The position numbers were made by a program, and so were the translations under genes. The notes under the pieces were generated by a model. That model made no database searches. It was not told the DNA's origin and worked only from the letters and a program-made list of their open reading frames with translations. Below are positions 49,019 through 62,821 of a stretch of 64,000 nt of DNA, piece after piece; within the stretch, counting starts at the first letter, position 1; each line of letters starts with the position of its first letter. The stretch is from Selaginella moellendorffii (Eukaryota > Plantae > Lycopodiophyta): NCBI RefSeq assembly GCF_000143415.4, contig NW_003314311.1:745794-809793 (forward strand), in the 5' to 3' direction.

Positions 49019-52000
49019 ATGCCAAAATGCGCTCCAGCGAAAGTGAATGTGAAGCAAGATTCAGTCGTTATCTTCTCGTCCTCTTCTAGTTCAAGTGAAG
49101 ATGTCATGCTAGTGTCGGTGCTAAATTCACCAGCTCCAGCTCCAACTTCAACAATATTCAAAGCCATTAGCAATGCTTTCCAGTTTTCACACCTCTCAAT
49201 CGACGTGCACTTGTTTTTGTATAGGCTTAATAGTGAACTTCCATCCTCCTACAACGGCAACATTTTCTTTGAGCTACCACCTCTTGTCAGCAGCACAGGT
49301 TCCAAATGGAAGGGGATGGAAACCAAGCAGGATGTCCACAATTGGTGCAAGATCAAGACCACACACTTCCAATATTTTGAAGGCACAGTGTCTATAGTTC
49401 ATTGTGATGGGCATTTAAATTGTGTGGATGAAGCATGCAATCGAGACCGCTGTAGAAACTCTATATTTTTCGAAGGGTCTACAATCAATTCTCCAGCCTG
49501 TGACACCATTGCTGTTGGATTCAAATATCGATTCTGCAAAAATGCTCCTCTATGTCGTGCTATCTACGAGGCCAAGATGTACTACTTTCTTCCACGGGAT
49601 GGAATGGCTAGAAGAGCTGCAATGCATGTTGGCACACACATGCATCTAATGCAGGAAGGGATACAAAGGAGTTCTCTCAATCGTTTCAAAGATGTTGTGC
49701 AGCAAGAGACTATGAGAAACTCATCTACAACTCTGAAGCATATTCAGAAGACCGTCCTCAAGGATTTTAATACAAACACCTTACTCAATCTAGGTTGCCA
49801 AAAGACTCAACTAAACGAGGCTAGCTTACGAGACTTACTACGAGGAGTACAACCTGCTACTAGCCTAAGGAGGTACATCTGTTATATTTCATACGTTATA
49901 ATAATAATTTTTTCTTACATTATATTGTTTAGGATAAAATCTTGGATGTGTGAATCTCGACAAGAGAAGTTGCAATCAAAAATTGACTCCATCCTTGAAT
50001 TGAAACGGATCTATCCATACAAGTTCATCCATGGAAGTTTGTCTCCAGACCAAGTTGTGAATGAGCAAGAGCACCCCTTCGTCTTCAAAATGTCTACCAT
50101 GGGCCCTGCCTCTAGTGTAGATCTTGTCTCTCAAATGGACATGTTTGGGTCTAGTGACCTTGCAAATGCATGGGTACATTTTGACCATATGGAGCGCGTA
50201 TCGGGTTGGACAACTATGGGAGCTTATGTGTATGATCTAAGGTAATTTTTATTCTTATTATATTAAAATTGTTGTAATATTTGTGTTTTCATAGGCTACG
50301 TTGTAACTTAACAATTGCGACAGCAGAGTTTAAAGTACAAGACCAGGCAGCACAAGAAATATTTTGGAAGTCCCTCTCCGATATTATCATAAAGCAGACT
50401 GGTAAGCCTGCAAACTTTCGCGGTTTCATGGCAAATGGGGCTGGTGCAAACTGGAATGGTGTCTGAGCAGTTTTTGGGAATGGTTAGCTATTGGAAGGTC
50501 GTAAGAGGACTTGTGAGTTCCATTGGGCTCAAAGCCTAAACCAGCACTGCCATCTTATCAAGCCAGAGTTTCAATCAATATTTAAGGAGTTGTGCAAACA
50601 ATGGCAAGTTGCACCTTACAGACGTAAGTTGCCTACCACAACTTGAGTCATGGTTAGGGTGGTTGGGAAGTTAGGATGTTCCAATGGGGACATCACTCTT
50701 TTCAGGTTGGTTTCTATTTTTTCTTCTCCTTTTATTACTTTTTAATATTGCCTTTTGCATTAGGATCAACCACTTGAGGACCTCGCATATACCCCAACTG
50801 TGAATCTCTCCGAAAGTAAGCACTGGAGTTAGCGTTCTTCTGAGGCAAGGAAAGGGAAGATGAGTCTATACGGAGCCTGTCTATCAGATTTGATATATGC
50901 TATAGAGCAATCTTCAAAAGCACTGGCATTCGAGGAAGGAAGATACATGGGAACAGGGCCTTCTATTGAGATGTTACATGATAGGATGAAGAGAAAATTA
51001 ACTCCACCCGCCCGAACAGTGGCAACTGCAATTGAGGAAGTAGTCTGTGGCACATTTATGGAATACACTCCCTAAGCTTCTATTGGTGATATGAAGACTG
51101 TCCGCTCAAAGCGTTGTTTTTCCTTTGCTGGGGAAGATGTTGGTACGGACCTTGGAGCAAAAAGCTCTCGTAGGCTTTCTGTCGAGTACCATTCTGCTCC
51201 AAGACACTGCTCTTGGATTGAGCCACCTCAAGTGGCTAATGAAGAGAGTGTATCGCAACAGGTTGAAATTGTTTACCGTAGTGTGGAGCCGAAACAATGG
51301 GCAATCCGACGCATGTCAGCAAAATCAAATGTAAAGTGTGTGGGGATGCTTCTGAGGGGCAAGTGTTAGGCTTGGATTTGTGGTGACAAATCTGCTTCTG
51401 TTCCAGCCCCATGTTTCTATGGGGAATGAAAGCAAGTAGGATTTTCAAGATAGTGTTGGCTATATTGTTGCAACACCGATGCCAACCATATAAAGCAGCT
51501 TGAAGACACTATAGTGACTAAACCTAATACAATACCTAAAGAATGGCTAGTTGCTAATGGGTCGCACTCACCTCGGATGAGATTGAAAACCTTGAAAAAT
51601 CTTGTTTCAATCTTGAGAGGAGAGTTGGAGATATGAGTGATAGAACCAGGACTATTCCTACAGAGATGCATAGGAGGCCAGCATGAAAAGGTAAGGCAGT
51701 TAAATTTATTAGTACCATCTCCAAGCAAAAGCAAGGTAAAATAAACTTGGCTCAAACACTTGAGTGTGGGATTCTCTCCACGAAGTACATCACTATGCTT
51801 GCAAAGGAGTATATAGTCAAAACAAAAGGTGGAGAGTACACAATTGCCATTCACGACTTTCCTTTTTGCACATGTCTAGACTTTACGAAGCGCGAGGAAT
51901 ATGAGAAGGCATATGCTCCTTGCAAGCATATGTACTACATCTTCATTAACATCTTGCACCAGGATCCTAAAGTGGATATTCATATTCACCAAGCAAGCCT

Positions 52001-52040
52001 TACTATTGTTGAGTTGCAGAAAACTTTTGGAGCTAACTAG
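49019..52040 (+). pseudogene. MULE-like transposase: GCM/WRKY-type Zn domain, DDE core, C-terminal SWIM finger
   Basis: CDGHLNCVDEAC..FCK..MHVGTHMH; FDHMERV (D1); GFMAN (D2 position, N in this copy); RTCEFHW (CxxH); TVNLSESKH (E); SWIM CTCLDF..PCKHMYY. Introns 49873-49932 and ~50242-50294; several stops. Confidence 0.8.
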
Positions 52041-55000
52041 ATTTCTCCAACACTATCAATGTTTATTCTCTATCAATAAAACTTATTATACTTTATATAA
52101 TTAATAAAAATATGCTTTTTCATTTCACTTTTTATTTTATATGCTTCCAAGTGTTATTTTTGCAATACTGCCCATAGTACTCGTGTGTCTCCATTTTTAT
52201 CTTTACCATCTCAAAAAAGATTTCATTATAGTCTTTTGGGTGCGTGATGTTGCAATGTGTCGCGAGAGCATATATACCATCATATTGATCATTGCCATTA
52301 TTTCCACTAGACGCTAGAAAACATATGAAGCATTTTTTGAAAGTGGCAAAATTGCATTCAATCAGTAAAAGGGCATTCTTTTTCACCCAATTTGTTGCAC
52401 CCTTTGTCATTGCATTTACCTCCAACTCATAATCACTATCCTTACTATCCTCTCTTTCATTCTTTTGTGTGATTTGGTTATACTATGCAATGTGATAGTT
52501 ATTGCATTTCCTAACCCTTGAACATTGGGAAGAAAGATTGCGAAAATTAAAATTACCAACACTAGAACCCATAGACATTTGTGTGTATTTCCCTTTTTTC
52601 AAATGAGAGTGTGAATGAAAATTTCTAAACTCTAAACAGTATGCTATGACAAACCCCTCAAAAATGCATTCTAGAAAGAACCAAGTCTGTGAGAGTTATG
52701 AAATTATTAGGTTTGCCATAACTTTAAAATTTTAAAGTTTATAATGTTTGTACTAAATTACAATTGAAAATTGAGCTCAACTTATGAGCTCAACTCTTCA
52801 ACTCGTGAGGTCAAGTATGGTCCACACCCCATCCAAGTTTGCACCAAGAGGGCTGGATCCCTAATCATTTAGTGCCACAAGGGGGGCAGCTCTTACATCC
52901 TAGTTGATTCTAATGACCACCAGTTGGAGCATGTGCAGCATCTTAGCCATCTCAAGCCATTCCGGTGTTAAGTGGCTTTCATGATGACTTTCTCCTATTC
53001 ATTTCTTCCCTCTTCCTTCATTTCTCTTTACCCTTCTCCAAGTGGCATTGATATTGATTGTCTAGAAGCTCAAGTTTTTCTAGGTTTTACCATCGCTATT
53101 CCCCTCCATCTTTACATCACTTTCTTCACACTTTCCCTCCCATCCCTCTACACTTTTCACACTCATTGTTTGCATTTCAAACCATTCCCTACATCATTGT
53201 TCATTCTTTCTATATTACCTTTTTAATTTTTCCACTTGGTAGCATGGTTTAGCTTGGCATTCTTCAACGGTTTATAGATATATAGTATTCATCATGGCTC
53301 TATCATCTAGTAGAGTTTCAATAGGAGAGACATAGTCATCTCCAACTCATAGTAGCAACCTTCTTGGACACTATAATTTCATCAAATGTAATAGTGAAAG
53401 TAGAGGCTTTTAGTGGTTGGTTGGGCCTTGTACATAGGCATCCAAGTCCATTTCACAGTGTGGCTTGTTTCCCTGCCCATTTCTCTTGACTTCTAGAAAC
53501 TTTTTCAGGCATAGAGTTTTGGTCTACCACATCTCCCAGTGCATTGTTACAAAGGGTTATAGTTTTGACACAATTTAGCTAATGGTTTTGGAGAGCTCTT
53601 CATCACAGATTGTGGCCAACATTCTTCTTGACCGAGCATTGATACTTCCATGCTTTGACACACTCATCTTTCCACCTATTTCCCTTGATTATCACATTTT
53701 CTTGCACTTTCCATCACTGAGCAACACACTTCCATTCCATGGGAAAGCTTTGGCAAGACTTGGGGTACTTCTTGGAGGTTTGAGAACCTTGGAAGTTATG
53801 ACAGGTTTAAGTCTTTACTTTGGGTTTTGATTTTTCTATCTTTTGTTTGTTTCTTTTTCTTTGTTTTCTCTCACATTTTTCTATCTTTTTCTTTCATTTT
53901 CTTCTTGTTTTTCTTGCTGGATCAAGGGTCTAATTTGAATATAGAGTTTCCCACTGAGTTTTTCCCTCTGTCTTTCTACACCTCTATCCTCTTTATTTCT
54001 CTTTGTTGTTTCACTCTCTTTCCACAGTTACCTCTCTTGGACATTTTCTTTCTCTTTTGGATTTCTATAGTTGCAGGTCATGGGTTTTCTTTGTGCCATA
54101 GGGCTGCTTGATCCATGTTGTAGAGCATCTTGGAGAATTTTGAGATTCTCTAAATTTTCCCTCTAGAGAATATTCTAAGCATGGTATTCCATATGGGGGG
54201 CATGTACTTTTCTTCCCCCATGAGTTGAAGGCATGAGGGATTGATGATGTATTGAGTTTTTGGCTATAGAAGAGTTTCTTACCATGTTTTGAGCACGATT
54301 GTGAGCAAAAGGTGTGCTAGCTGTGCACTACATGAGGCACTCAAGCCTGGCCATTTGTCCACACAAAACTGCATTTTGAAGTTTTGAGTTTATTTTTCTT
54401 TTTCTAATGTATTGAACATAGAGAGAGAGAGAGAGAGAGTAATATGGTTTTATAAGATTTATATTACCAAGGATCTTGTGCATTAGATTGCAACTTGAAA
54501 CCTTCATAAAGTTTAAATATTTTGAAATGGTGAATATTTCAAGTTTTCTCATATTCTTGCCAATTTCCTTAAACCTATAAGGCATGAGTTTGGGTAAGAA
54601 CACACTTATTTACTCTTTATTTATATAATATGTTTTTTTTCACAACATAGTTACAAAATTGAGCAGCAATGATACTAAACTCTTGCCTAAACTTTTTTAT
54701 GTAGTGTTGAAGGTGTTACTTTGCCATATATAATTTGTTGTAACTTTTCTAAATGTTTGCTATGCTAAGTGTTAAGTCCTTTGTTTTGAGCAAGAAACAC
54801 ATAGCAACAATTTGAAATTAGCATTATCACTCTTTCATACAGGGTTAAATCTAGACAAAAATTAACTTTTATACTTGGACCTGTAGATGTAATACACATT
54901 TACTAGTCATTCAAAGATTGTAACTTATATTTCTATTGAAATCATACATGTTAGACATCCATGAGTATGTCTTTCATCTTGTAGGGCATCCACTAACCAA

Positions 55001-55329
55001 GAAAACTATTGTGGGATTGCAATATAAGTGAATGATTAGTTGTTTCATATGGAAAAGCTAATTTATATAATAGAAGGATTAGTACATTTAATGTGGAAAT
55101 GGAAGTGGAATTCTTTGGCTTAATAAAGGTTGTTAGTCAATGTAAACATTGACATTCACATCTCACAACAAGAAAACTATTATCATGATTTATTAAGAAT
55201 CCCACTTGGAAAGTGGGATTTTGGCCACAAAGTGTAATTTTTCAAATATGGCAATATTGACAAATTTTTGTTGTGTGTCCTTCTTTTTTACAAATCTAAC
55301 ATTTAGGAATTAGTAATTTACATTCTGTG

Positions 55330-57960
55330 GCAGTGTGTCCTTCATTTTTGCATTTCATACACTATACTCCTTTTTTAAGTTCGTTCTTAATTGTAATTTT
55401 CTTGAGTATTTTGATGAGTTTTTGATTCTTGTCTTTCTTTTTGACTTTGAGTTTGTATTCTTCCTCATTGTCAGAAGAGTCGTTAATCCTTGATGTTTCT
55501 ACTCTTGAAAATTTTCAAAGCTATTTTTCGAGGTTCTTAATTTTCTCAAAGATGTTATTGATGATGTTCGTAGTATTTGGATCTTCTTCCATGCTTGTTA
55601 GAGTGACTATTTGCTAATAGATTTTCTTTAATCCCTATACATACTAAATGTACTTACCTTCTTCAATAAGTAGATCTTTGGAGTGCTTTGCATGATATTT
55701 TAATCTTCAGGTATAATCTTTAATGTTTTCTTTACTACCTTATTTGATGCTCTTAAGATGTTTTAAGTGTTCGGCTATTGTGCTGCCAAGTTGATATTTA
55801 TCTTTAAATCTTTTAATCTTTTCTTTGTAGTTGAGTTTCTCTTTGAATATCATTCAAGTGCTTTGCCTTTGAGTGTAAAAAGAAAGAGAAATGCTTCATT
55901 TGCTTGTTGCTAGTTAAATTAAATTGTTGGAGATGTTTATTTGCATCTTCAGTTTTACTTCCAATAAAAATCAGGTAGGTGATCATGTTGTTATATTGTG
56001 TTGTTGGGCTGATGAATACCATGTCTTTAGTGTTATTTGGACCTTGATATATCTTTGTTTAGTTATAAATTTTCTATTGCTAAGTTGTTTTCTATTTTTG
56101 TTATAGTTGTATAACTTGATTTGCCAATTTGTGTTACTTGGTTTCTTTTGTCATAGGTGTTAAATATTGTTTTAAGGATTTTTTTTTTAGCTTAAACTTT
56201 CTATTGTTTATCTAGTGTTGAAGGTTGTTGGAGTTGTTTTCTACTTTCTCAATTTTTTTGTTGTTGATCTCGCTTTTGTATCTTGAGTGGGTCAGATTTA
56301 TGCTTATACATTTGATGTTGTGCTGGACTTTTCTTGAATTGTCATTTTCATTGAATTTGCTTTTTTGAATTTGTTTTGTTGGATTTGTTATTGTTGTCTT
56401 TAGTTTGTTGTGTTCTTCTCAAGGAAATGTTGTGTAGTTATAAAATTGTGTGGTGTAAACTAATATGATCTTGTGTATTGGTATTTGTATTACTACGTTG
56501 TATTGAGCTTAGTAAAGTTGATAAGTCATTAACAAAGTCGCTACTCACCAACTTTGCGATCGAAGAAGAGTGCATACTATGGCTACTCTTTTTACAAGTT
56601 CTTGTTGTGTTAATCTGTTGTAAAGTAATTATAGCCTACCTTTAATTGTGTTGTATAAAGTTTTGCATGTCCTCACTATGAGCATCCGCGTTCTTCAATC
56701 GAGGGTGATATTTGAAATGTTTGAGCTCAATAGTGGCTATATTTTAAATGTTGTTGTCCTTGAGATTATTGTTGATACAAATTTCCAAATTCTTGATCTT
56801 GTATTCTTCTATCTACAATTGCAATCTATGTGTCGAGATATGAATTCCAACAACTTTTTTTCATTAATAGTTACAGTGTTTGCAAGTGTATCCAACATTC
56901 TTTTGCCCAAGTTCCTCTTCGTATTTTTTCATTTTGTAATTCATATATGGTTATTCTAATAGGTGTAATGTATCCATTGAAAAATTGTCATCTTGTGATT
57001 TCTTCAATTTGTTGTAGTAGAAAGGTTGGAAGTTTTTCATAAATTTGTTGTACTTCATGCTGATTATGATGTTGTTTTTCTTCTCTTTGGCAAACGTATT
57101 CTTAATTTATATAGATGTTGGAGATCCAGGAAAGTTTGAGGATGATTCTCCCTATGTAGAGTTTGGTTTTGTCTTGGTTTCCTACAAATTTCTCATAATG
57201 GATGGTGATTCTAGAGCAGATTGATGTGTGTGTTTCTTTTCTTTGTTGATGGTAGACTTTGTTAAAGATTCTTTCTTGAATCTCAAGAGGTACATTCTTG
57301 AGTGCCCTCAAGAGTCTTTTTATATCTTGCATTCAAATACACAAAATATTATGGTTGCGATTTCTTTGATTTTCACATCTTCTTCTTCTAATTCTATTGC
57401 ATTCTGGAAAGCATAAAAAAAACAATCTTCATACTTGGTACATGCTCAGCCTCCAAAGGGATAGTTGTGTTGCTTCATTTGCTGTCATAGTATTTCTTGA
57501 CTCTCAAAAAAACATTCCTGAGTGTTAGGAAAAGTTCCTTAAGTCTTCAAGAAAACTTTCTTGAATCCCATAGTCTTGAGTGTACTTGAATGTCAGTTGT
57601 AACTACATCAATTTTAGTGGAGACTTGTGTATTGATTTTCCACCATCTTTAATTGAATTGGGTAGTTCTTATTTTGTTGAATTTCATTGAGATCTTTACA
57701 ATTTGACCATCTTCATTTGTTTCTCTTCTCTTTGGTGTGTTTCTTGGCATTTTCTGCTCAGATTTCAACTCTTCTTGCAATGTCTCCTATCCCAATATGG
57801 TCACTAGTGAAAATTAGGAGATTTTTTGTGAAGTTAGGCTACTATAGTTTTGTTGCAGGTGCAAGAGAGAATTTGGTGGAGAATTAACTACAATCGTTTA
57901 CTGCTGTGATTGCAAAGAGGTAGAGGGCTTTTAGTGTCATTATTATTGCGTTAACATTGT
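55330..57960 (-). mobile_element. Highly decayed LINE-like (APE endonuclease/RT) relic
   Basis: A-rich minus strand with FTSDHIG (APE C-terminal SDH-like) at ~57800, YMNYK and FVND-like motifs; weak. Confidence 0.35.
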
Positions 57961-58362
57961 GTTTCTTGCCCTAGAACAAGCCACCAAACACACGAATCAG
58001 TTAAATACTAATTTGAAACCTTCGACCCCAAGAAGGCTCATGCAAGTGGTCATAAGTAAAGATAAATTTGACATCATTAGAATACTTTGAGTTTTGAGCA
58101 AATGGATGTGCATTAGTGATAGGCTAAAGTACAATAGAGATAGGGATAGGGGTCGAGTGCTAATTCTCCCCCTTAACTGCTCCAACATGGTGGCAACTGC
58201 CACTCTCCNNNNNNNNNNNNNNNNNNNNNNNNNNNNNNNNNNNNNNNNNNNNNNNNNNNNNNNNNNNNNNNNNNNNNNNNNNNNNNNNNNNNNNNNNNNN
58301 NNNNNNNNNNNNNNNNNNNNNNNNNNNNNNNNNNNNNNNNNNNNNNNNNNNNNNNNNNNNNN

Positions 58363-58846
58363 TGTTCTAGGCATTAACTAATCCAAAGAACAAAAATCTT
58401 CTAAAGGAGAGGTAGTGAGTGATGAAAATTGGAATGCAAGTAACTAAATTGTGGTTGGACTATTATAAAGGATGGAGTAATTATAAATATCCATTACAAT
58501 CAATAGCTCACAAAGATGAGATCAATAGCTCACAAAGATGAGATCAAAAGCCCTCACATCTACAAATCCGATGTATTAACTTCTTGTGTTAACTAGTCCT
58601 TAACAGAAGTTTAGTTCACTTGATGGCTTTAGCAATTAGCTGCCAATTTTTGTGGGTTAAAGGGAAGCTCTTAAGGCATGTTAGAGTAAAGAACTAAAGC
58701 TCACAGTAGAGCATCGTTGCAATGGTGCTTTTAAGGTATTTTAGGGATGGTTGAGTGGTGAGGAACTTCAAGAAGAGGCATGGTATAGTCTAAAAATATT
58801 AGATTTTTGTCTTTTAGCACTAGATCCTAACATTGGTATCAGAGGA
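58363..58846 (+). mobile_element. 5' LTR (ending 58832) + tRNA-iMet PBS of another LTR retroelement
   Basis: ..CCTAACA TTGGTATCAGAG; begins TGTT right after the N gap. Confidence 0.7.
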
Positions 58847-58933
58847 GTTAGTTGTGATAGTTGACCAAAATGAACGCTAGAATTTTATTGTTGATAGTGG
58901 TGCCAATGATGGTACTGATGGATTTAGGGTTTA

Positions 58934-61900
58934 CGGTATGGTCCAAAGTTGAGTTGAGTTCATGAGTTGAGCTCAACTCAGTATAAGTCAACTCAAGTCA
59001 ACACAGTCAACTAGGATTTTTACAAAGGAAATTTAAATTGAACAAATGAAAGTTTTAGCAAACTTTAAAATATTGAAATATATAAATATCTGAGTTAAAA
59101 GTTTCTATAAGATTGAGTCGTTTAAAAAAGACAAAGTTCACAAGATTGTTAAGCTATATTATTTAACTATGACTACTATTACAACTGTCATATTTTGATT
59201 TGACTACTTAATATTTTGAAAACTTTTATAGTTATATATCTTATTCCTTCATTCACAAGATTTTTTTAGGGTTCTTGAGAAGATGGGAAGCAAGGAAAAT
59301 AGAATATCTATGAGTAAGAGTTGTATTGCAAAGGAATGTGAGAATATTAATTTTGTTTCACTACCACAATCTCTATATTACACTCTTGGTCCTTATTACC
59401 TATCTAGGAATGTGGAAACCACTATCAAGATTGATAAAAATACTCTTATTACTTTTGAAATAATAGTTTAGAGCAAAAGAAATAAAAAAATGAATAGTAC
59501 GGTAGAAAGCACCAAGCAACCTACTACATAAAACTTTCCATGACATTTGTAATTTATATATTAATTTATATCAAAACTTTGTTGCCTGCCTATATCGCAA
59601 TCCTCCCATATGAAAAGACTAAGATATATTTTTGTAGTCAATCCTTAATAAAAGTTTTAGGGAGTTGTTTGTGAATAATAATAAAAGAAATTGAAATCTT
59701 TCAAAAGACTAAAAAGTAATATCATATCAAAAAATCAACTTTATCTATATTTCCAAGACTGAAAGGCAATCTTATATGAGAGAATGGCAGCGTATTAGTA
59801 GTCTATTTCCTTAAAAATTTGATATGTGTAGAAAAGAATATATGCGTAGCAAAGTAGGATTGTAGCGCACATGAATTTGGAACCAACTCCAAGCCTGTTG
59901 CGCTACGAACGAGGGTCCAGTACAATCCCACGAGCACCAGCTCCTCATATCTAACACCTGCATGCAAAATGGTGTCAGACAAGGTCTGGCACAATTTTGG
60001 CATATCGGTGGCCTAACGCGAGGAAGAGGGTACTCCACCAACTAGAACAATGTGGAGCTTGGGCTTAGATCCAAGCCGGACATAGAACAAGGAGCGACAC
60101 AGCCCAGCGGGAGCCAAACTAATGTTTCAAGTGGTCGAACATGCATTCCAACCACTATCTCTACTATACATTTGGAACCCCCCACAAAGGGTGTGATAGC
60201 GAGGGTGTTTGGTAGACACGGTAAGCTATCATCCAGTGATATTGAGGGACTAGTCTCAACATGCAAGGGTTCTTGTGAAGCTAGTGCAAGACAGAGCAAA
60301 AGAGAACTGACAAGCCAGGCCAAGTATGCTTAAATAAATAAACACTTAGGAATTCCTTCCTTATGCTTATCCGGCCAANNNNNNNNNNNNNNNNNNNNNN
60401 NNNNNNNNNNNNNNNNNNNNNNNNNNNNNNNNNNNNNNNNNNNNNNNNNNNNNNNNNNNNNNNNNNNNNNNNNNNNNNAAAAAAGGCAAAGTTACCCGAC
60501 CACGAAAGACGGCAGTGCGCCCGTATATTACAAAAGATTCATGGTCTACCGTATTTAAAGAAAGCTATCATTATAAAGCCCTATTTCCAAGATTGGCATT
60601 TCAAGAATCTAAGTATTATCAGTGTCATAATAAATAAACCTTATTCTCAAGACTAAACCTTAGTATATAAACTATCAAGTTATATAGTTTTTTTGTTCTC
60701 CTTGAGCTCCTTTGAAATTTGTATTGAAATGGCTTGAAGGAAAGTCACTGTTACTCGTACTTAGCCCCTTAGCACTTCATATTAATCTCCACCTCCATCC
60801 CCAAGTTCTACCAACATTCCACTTTCACCTCTATATAACAATTCTCTTTCTGCTGAACTAGAGCTCCCTATATATGAAATTTTTGATTTTGCTACTAGAG
60901 AAGGATTGCTTCCAGCACTTCAAGAGCAATGCCACATGTTTTTGCAAAATCTTATTCTTAATATGGTGGGATTACTTGAAAGCACAAAATGCTATTACAT
61001 TCAATGTTCAATATGTTACTTTCTTTTAGACAAAACAAATGGCTTTATAGGTTTACAAACTTTTCTTAAGCACTATAGCAATTGCCCAATGGCGGGTCTA
61101 GAAAATATACACATGTGGATGTATAATAGATTCAAGAATAAGTTATGGACACATACCCACTATTGTTTTATAGTGATGAATAACATCTCTTTAGAAAACA
61201 TTGTATTGGCTAGTGTAAAATAGAAGGTTTTTAGGCCACCCTACAGTGAAATATAAGATCTAGAATTACTTTACTATATTTTAGTATTATCAATTTTAAA
61301 AGAAAAAATATATAATGAAATGATATTAGTTGTAGGTAATATATCTTGTTCTAGAAAGTGTTATCACATCATATACAATTGTTTACAAGATGTTGAAGGA
61401 GGAGATGGCAACACATAAGTGCTACAAAGTGATAGTGATAGGTGAAAATGATAATTTGCAATTATGATATTTGATACTGACACTGTCATTGACATCTGAC
61501 ACTATTATTAACATCTGACACTTTTATAGACATCTGACATATAATAAACTTTTCATTTCATATAAGGATGCAATTAACTTTCTTTTACCTCATCATCAAC
61601 ATATTAATTTCTTTTATACTTCCTCCTATATTGGTATTGTGGGGAAGATTCACTTTGCATTTATTGAGCCATGGCTTTTGCATAGTCGGGGAAACTTCCA
61701 AAGCTTCCAATTCTAAATACTCCAGGTGACTGTGATTTATAAAACAGAACTAACTATATATTTAAATCTTAATAAACATAATTTACCTCCTTGAGGTTGG
61801 AGGCAACTCACAAAATCCTTTAAGCAGGCATTGGAAGAAATGATGTTCTTCAATAGCAAACACAAACCTACCAGAGTCATATGCTACCTCCACTATAGAA

Positions 61901-62820
61901 CTATTACCTGTTGTGCAACCAATCACAACACCATCTGATGGGTAATAGAGCTCAAACAAGACTTGCACCACTGATGGAGTTCAAAATCAGTACCCTAGAA
62001 ACATGTTGTGAATCTGCTCATCCACAAGGTTGGGTATGATGTTAGTCGAACTATTGTACCCAGGAAAAACATGTGTTGCACATTTGCTATTTCAAAACCC
62101 ATTATGTGTGCTTCTACAGAAAGCATGATAACCTAGAAAATAACAAAGATTAAAAATTACATATAATATAAAATACCTACTCACCTTTTTAGGCTTCCTT
62201 TGGACGCCCTAGTATCAATGCCAATAGGATCCATGATGCACCTAGAAGAGAATGACTTGAAATGAACTCCTAGTATACACGTCATAAGCTCATACATTTA
62301 ATTGGGGTCATTCGGTAGGATGTAGACAACATAGATAGCTTCAAGCATAAGTGCTTTGGATAAGAGGAATGCATCATATATGTGGTCAAGTGTGAGAAAG
62401 TTCCAATCCTCAACTTTCCCATCAATATTTGAAAGACCATCTAGAAAGTTTATGAAGTCCATAACTAGGAGCAAGGGCCTTTGTATCTTTCGGCACTAAT
62501 GGTTGAACTAACATTATATATCCATGTTCATGTTATCTTCCATGAAAGATGTTGTTAACAATCTATTGTAAGAGCTAATGACACCCACAATGCCTCGTTG
62601 TGTTATTGGGGAAACAAAACAGACCTATAGAAGAGCTAAACAAATGAAAAAAGCAATAAAAAATATGTTACCATCATATTATTGATGAGAGTTCCTCCAA
62701 CTCCTATTTATGAGTATCTCATGAATGAAATTACTACCAACAGTCATTGGAGCTTTTTCATCCTCTTCTTCATCGTCACTTACATTGCTATCATTCCTAA
62801 CATTGATAACTTTCTCCTAG
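58934..62820. mobile_element. Second copy of Element B (left ~3.4 kb), same orientation, truncated by an LTR
   Basis: Colinear with 41264-44770, including the terminus CGGTATGGTCCAAAG, the Zn-finger gene and the MTase exons (ORF 61783..61971). Confidence 0.88.
59861..60532. mobile_element. LTR-like insertion (TG..CA) inside Element B copy 2, spanning an N gap
   Basis: Absent from copy 1; flanks AGGAT / (A)AAGAT. Confidence 0.55.
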
Positions 62821-62821
62821 T

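Larger units (their letters stand above)
41264..52822. mobile_element. Element B: ~11.6-kb MULE-like DNA transposon with ParB-MTase-like cargo, a Zn-finger-like third gene and a palindromic array
   Basis: Interrupts the host integrase (..KNFTPSS | TP..SKFAPR..). Flanking duplication CACACCTTCATCCAA (41249-41263) / CACACCCCATCCAA (52823-52836). Subterminal GAGTTGAGCTCAA inverted repeats. Left end shared with the copy at 58934. Confidence 0.85.
34964..54330 (+). mobile_element. Tat-like Ty3/gypsy element (LTRs 34964-35151 and 54116-54330, Arg-type PBS) hosting solo LTRs and Element B
   Basis: Matching LTRs begin TGTTGTAGAGCATCTTGG. PBS TGGCAACCACAATGGGA. Flanks CATA/CATG. Integrase C-terminus is split by Element B and resumes at 52823. 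Confidence 0.8.

Noticed and set aside
41264-52822. Replitron/Crypton assignment based on terminal direct repeats
   Set aside because: The encoded enzyme shows DDE, CxxH and SWIM motifs rather than HUH or tyrosine-recombinase motifs, and a target duplication is present.
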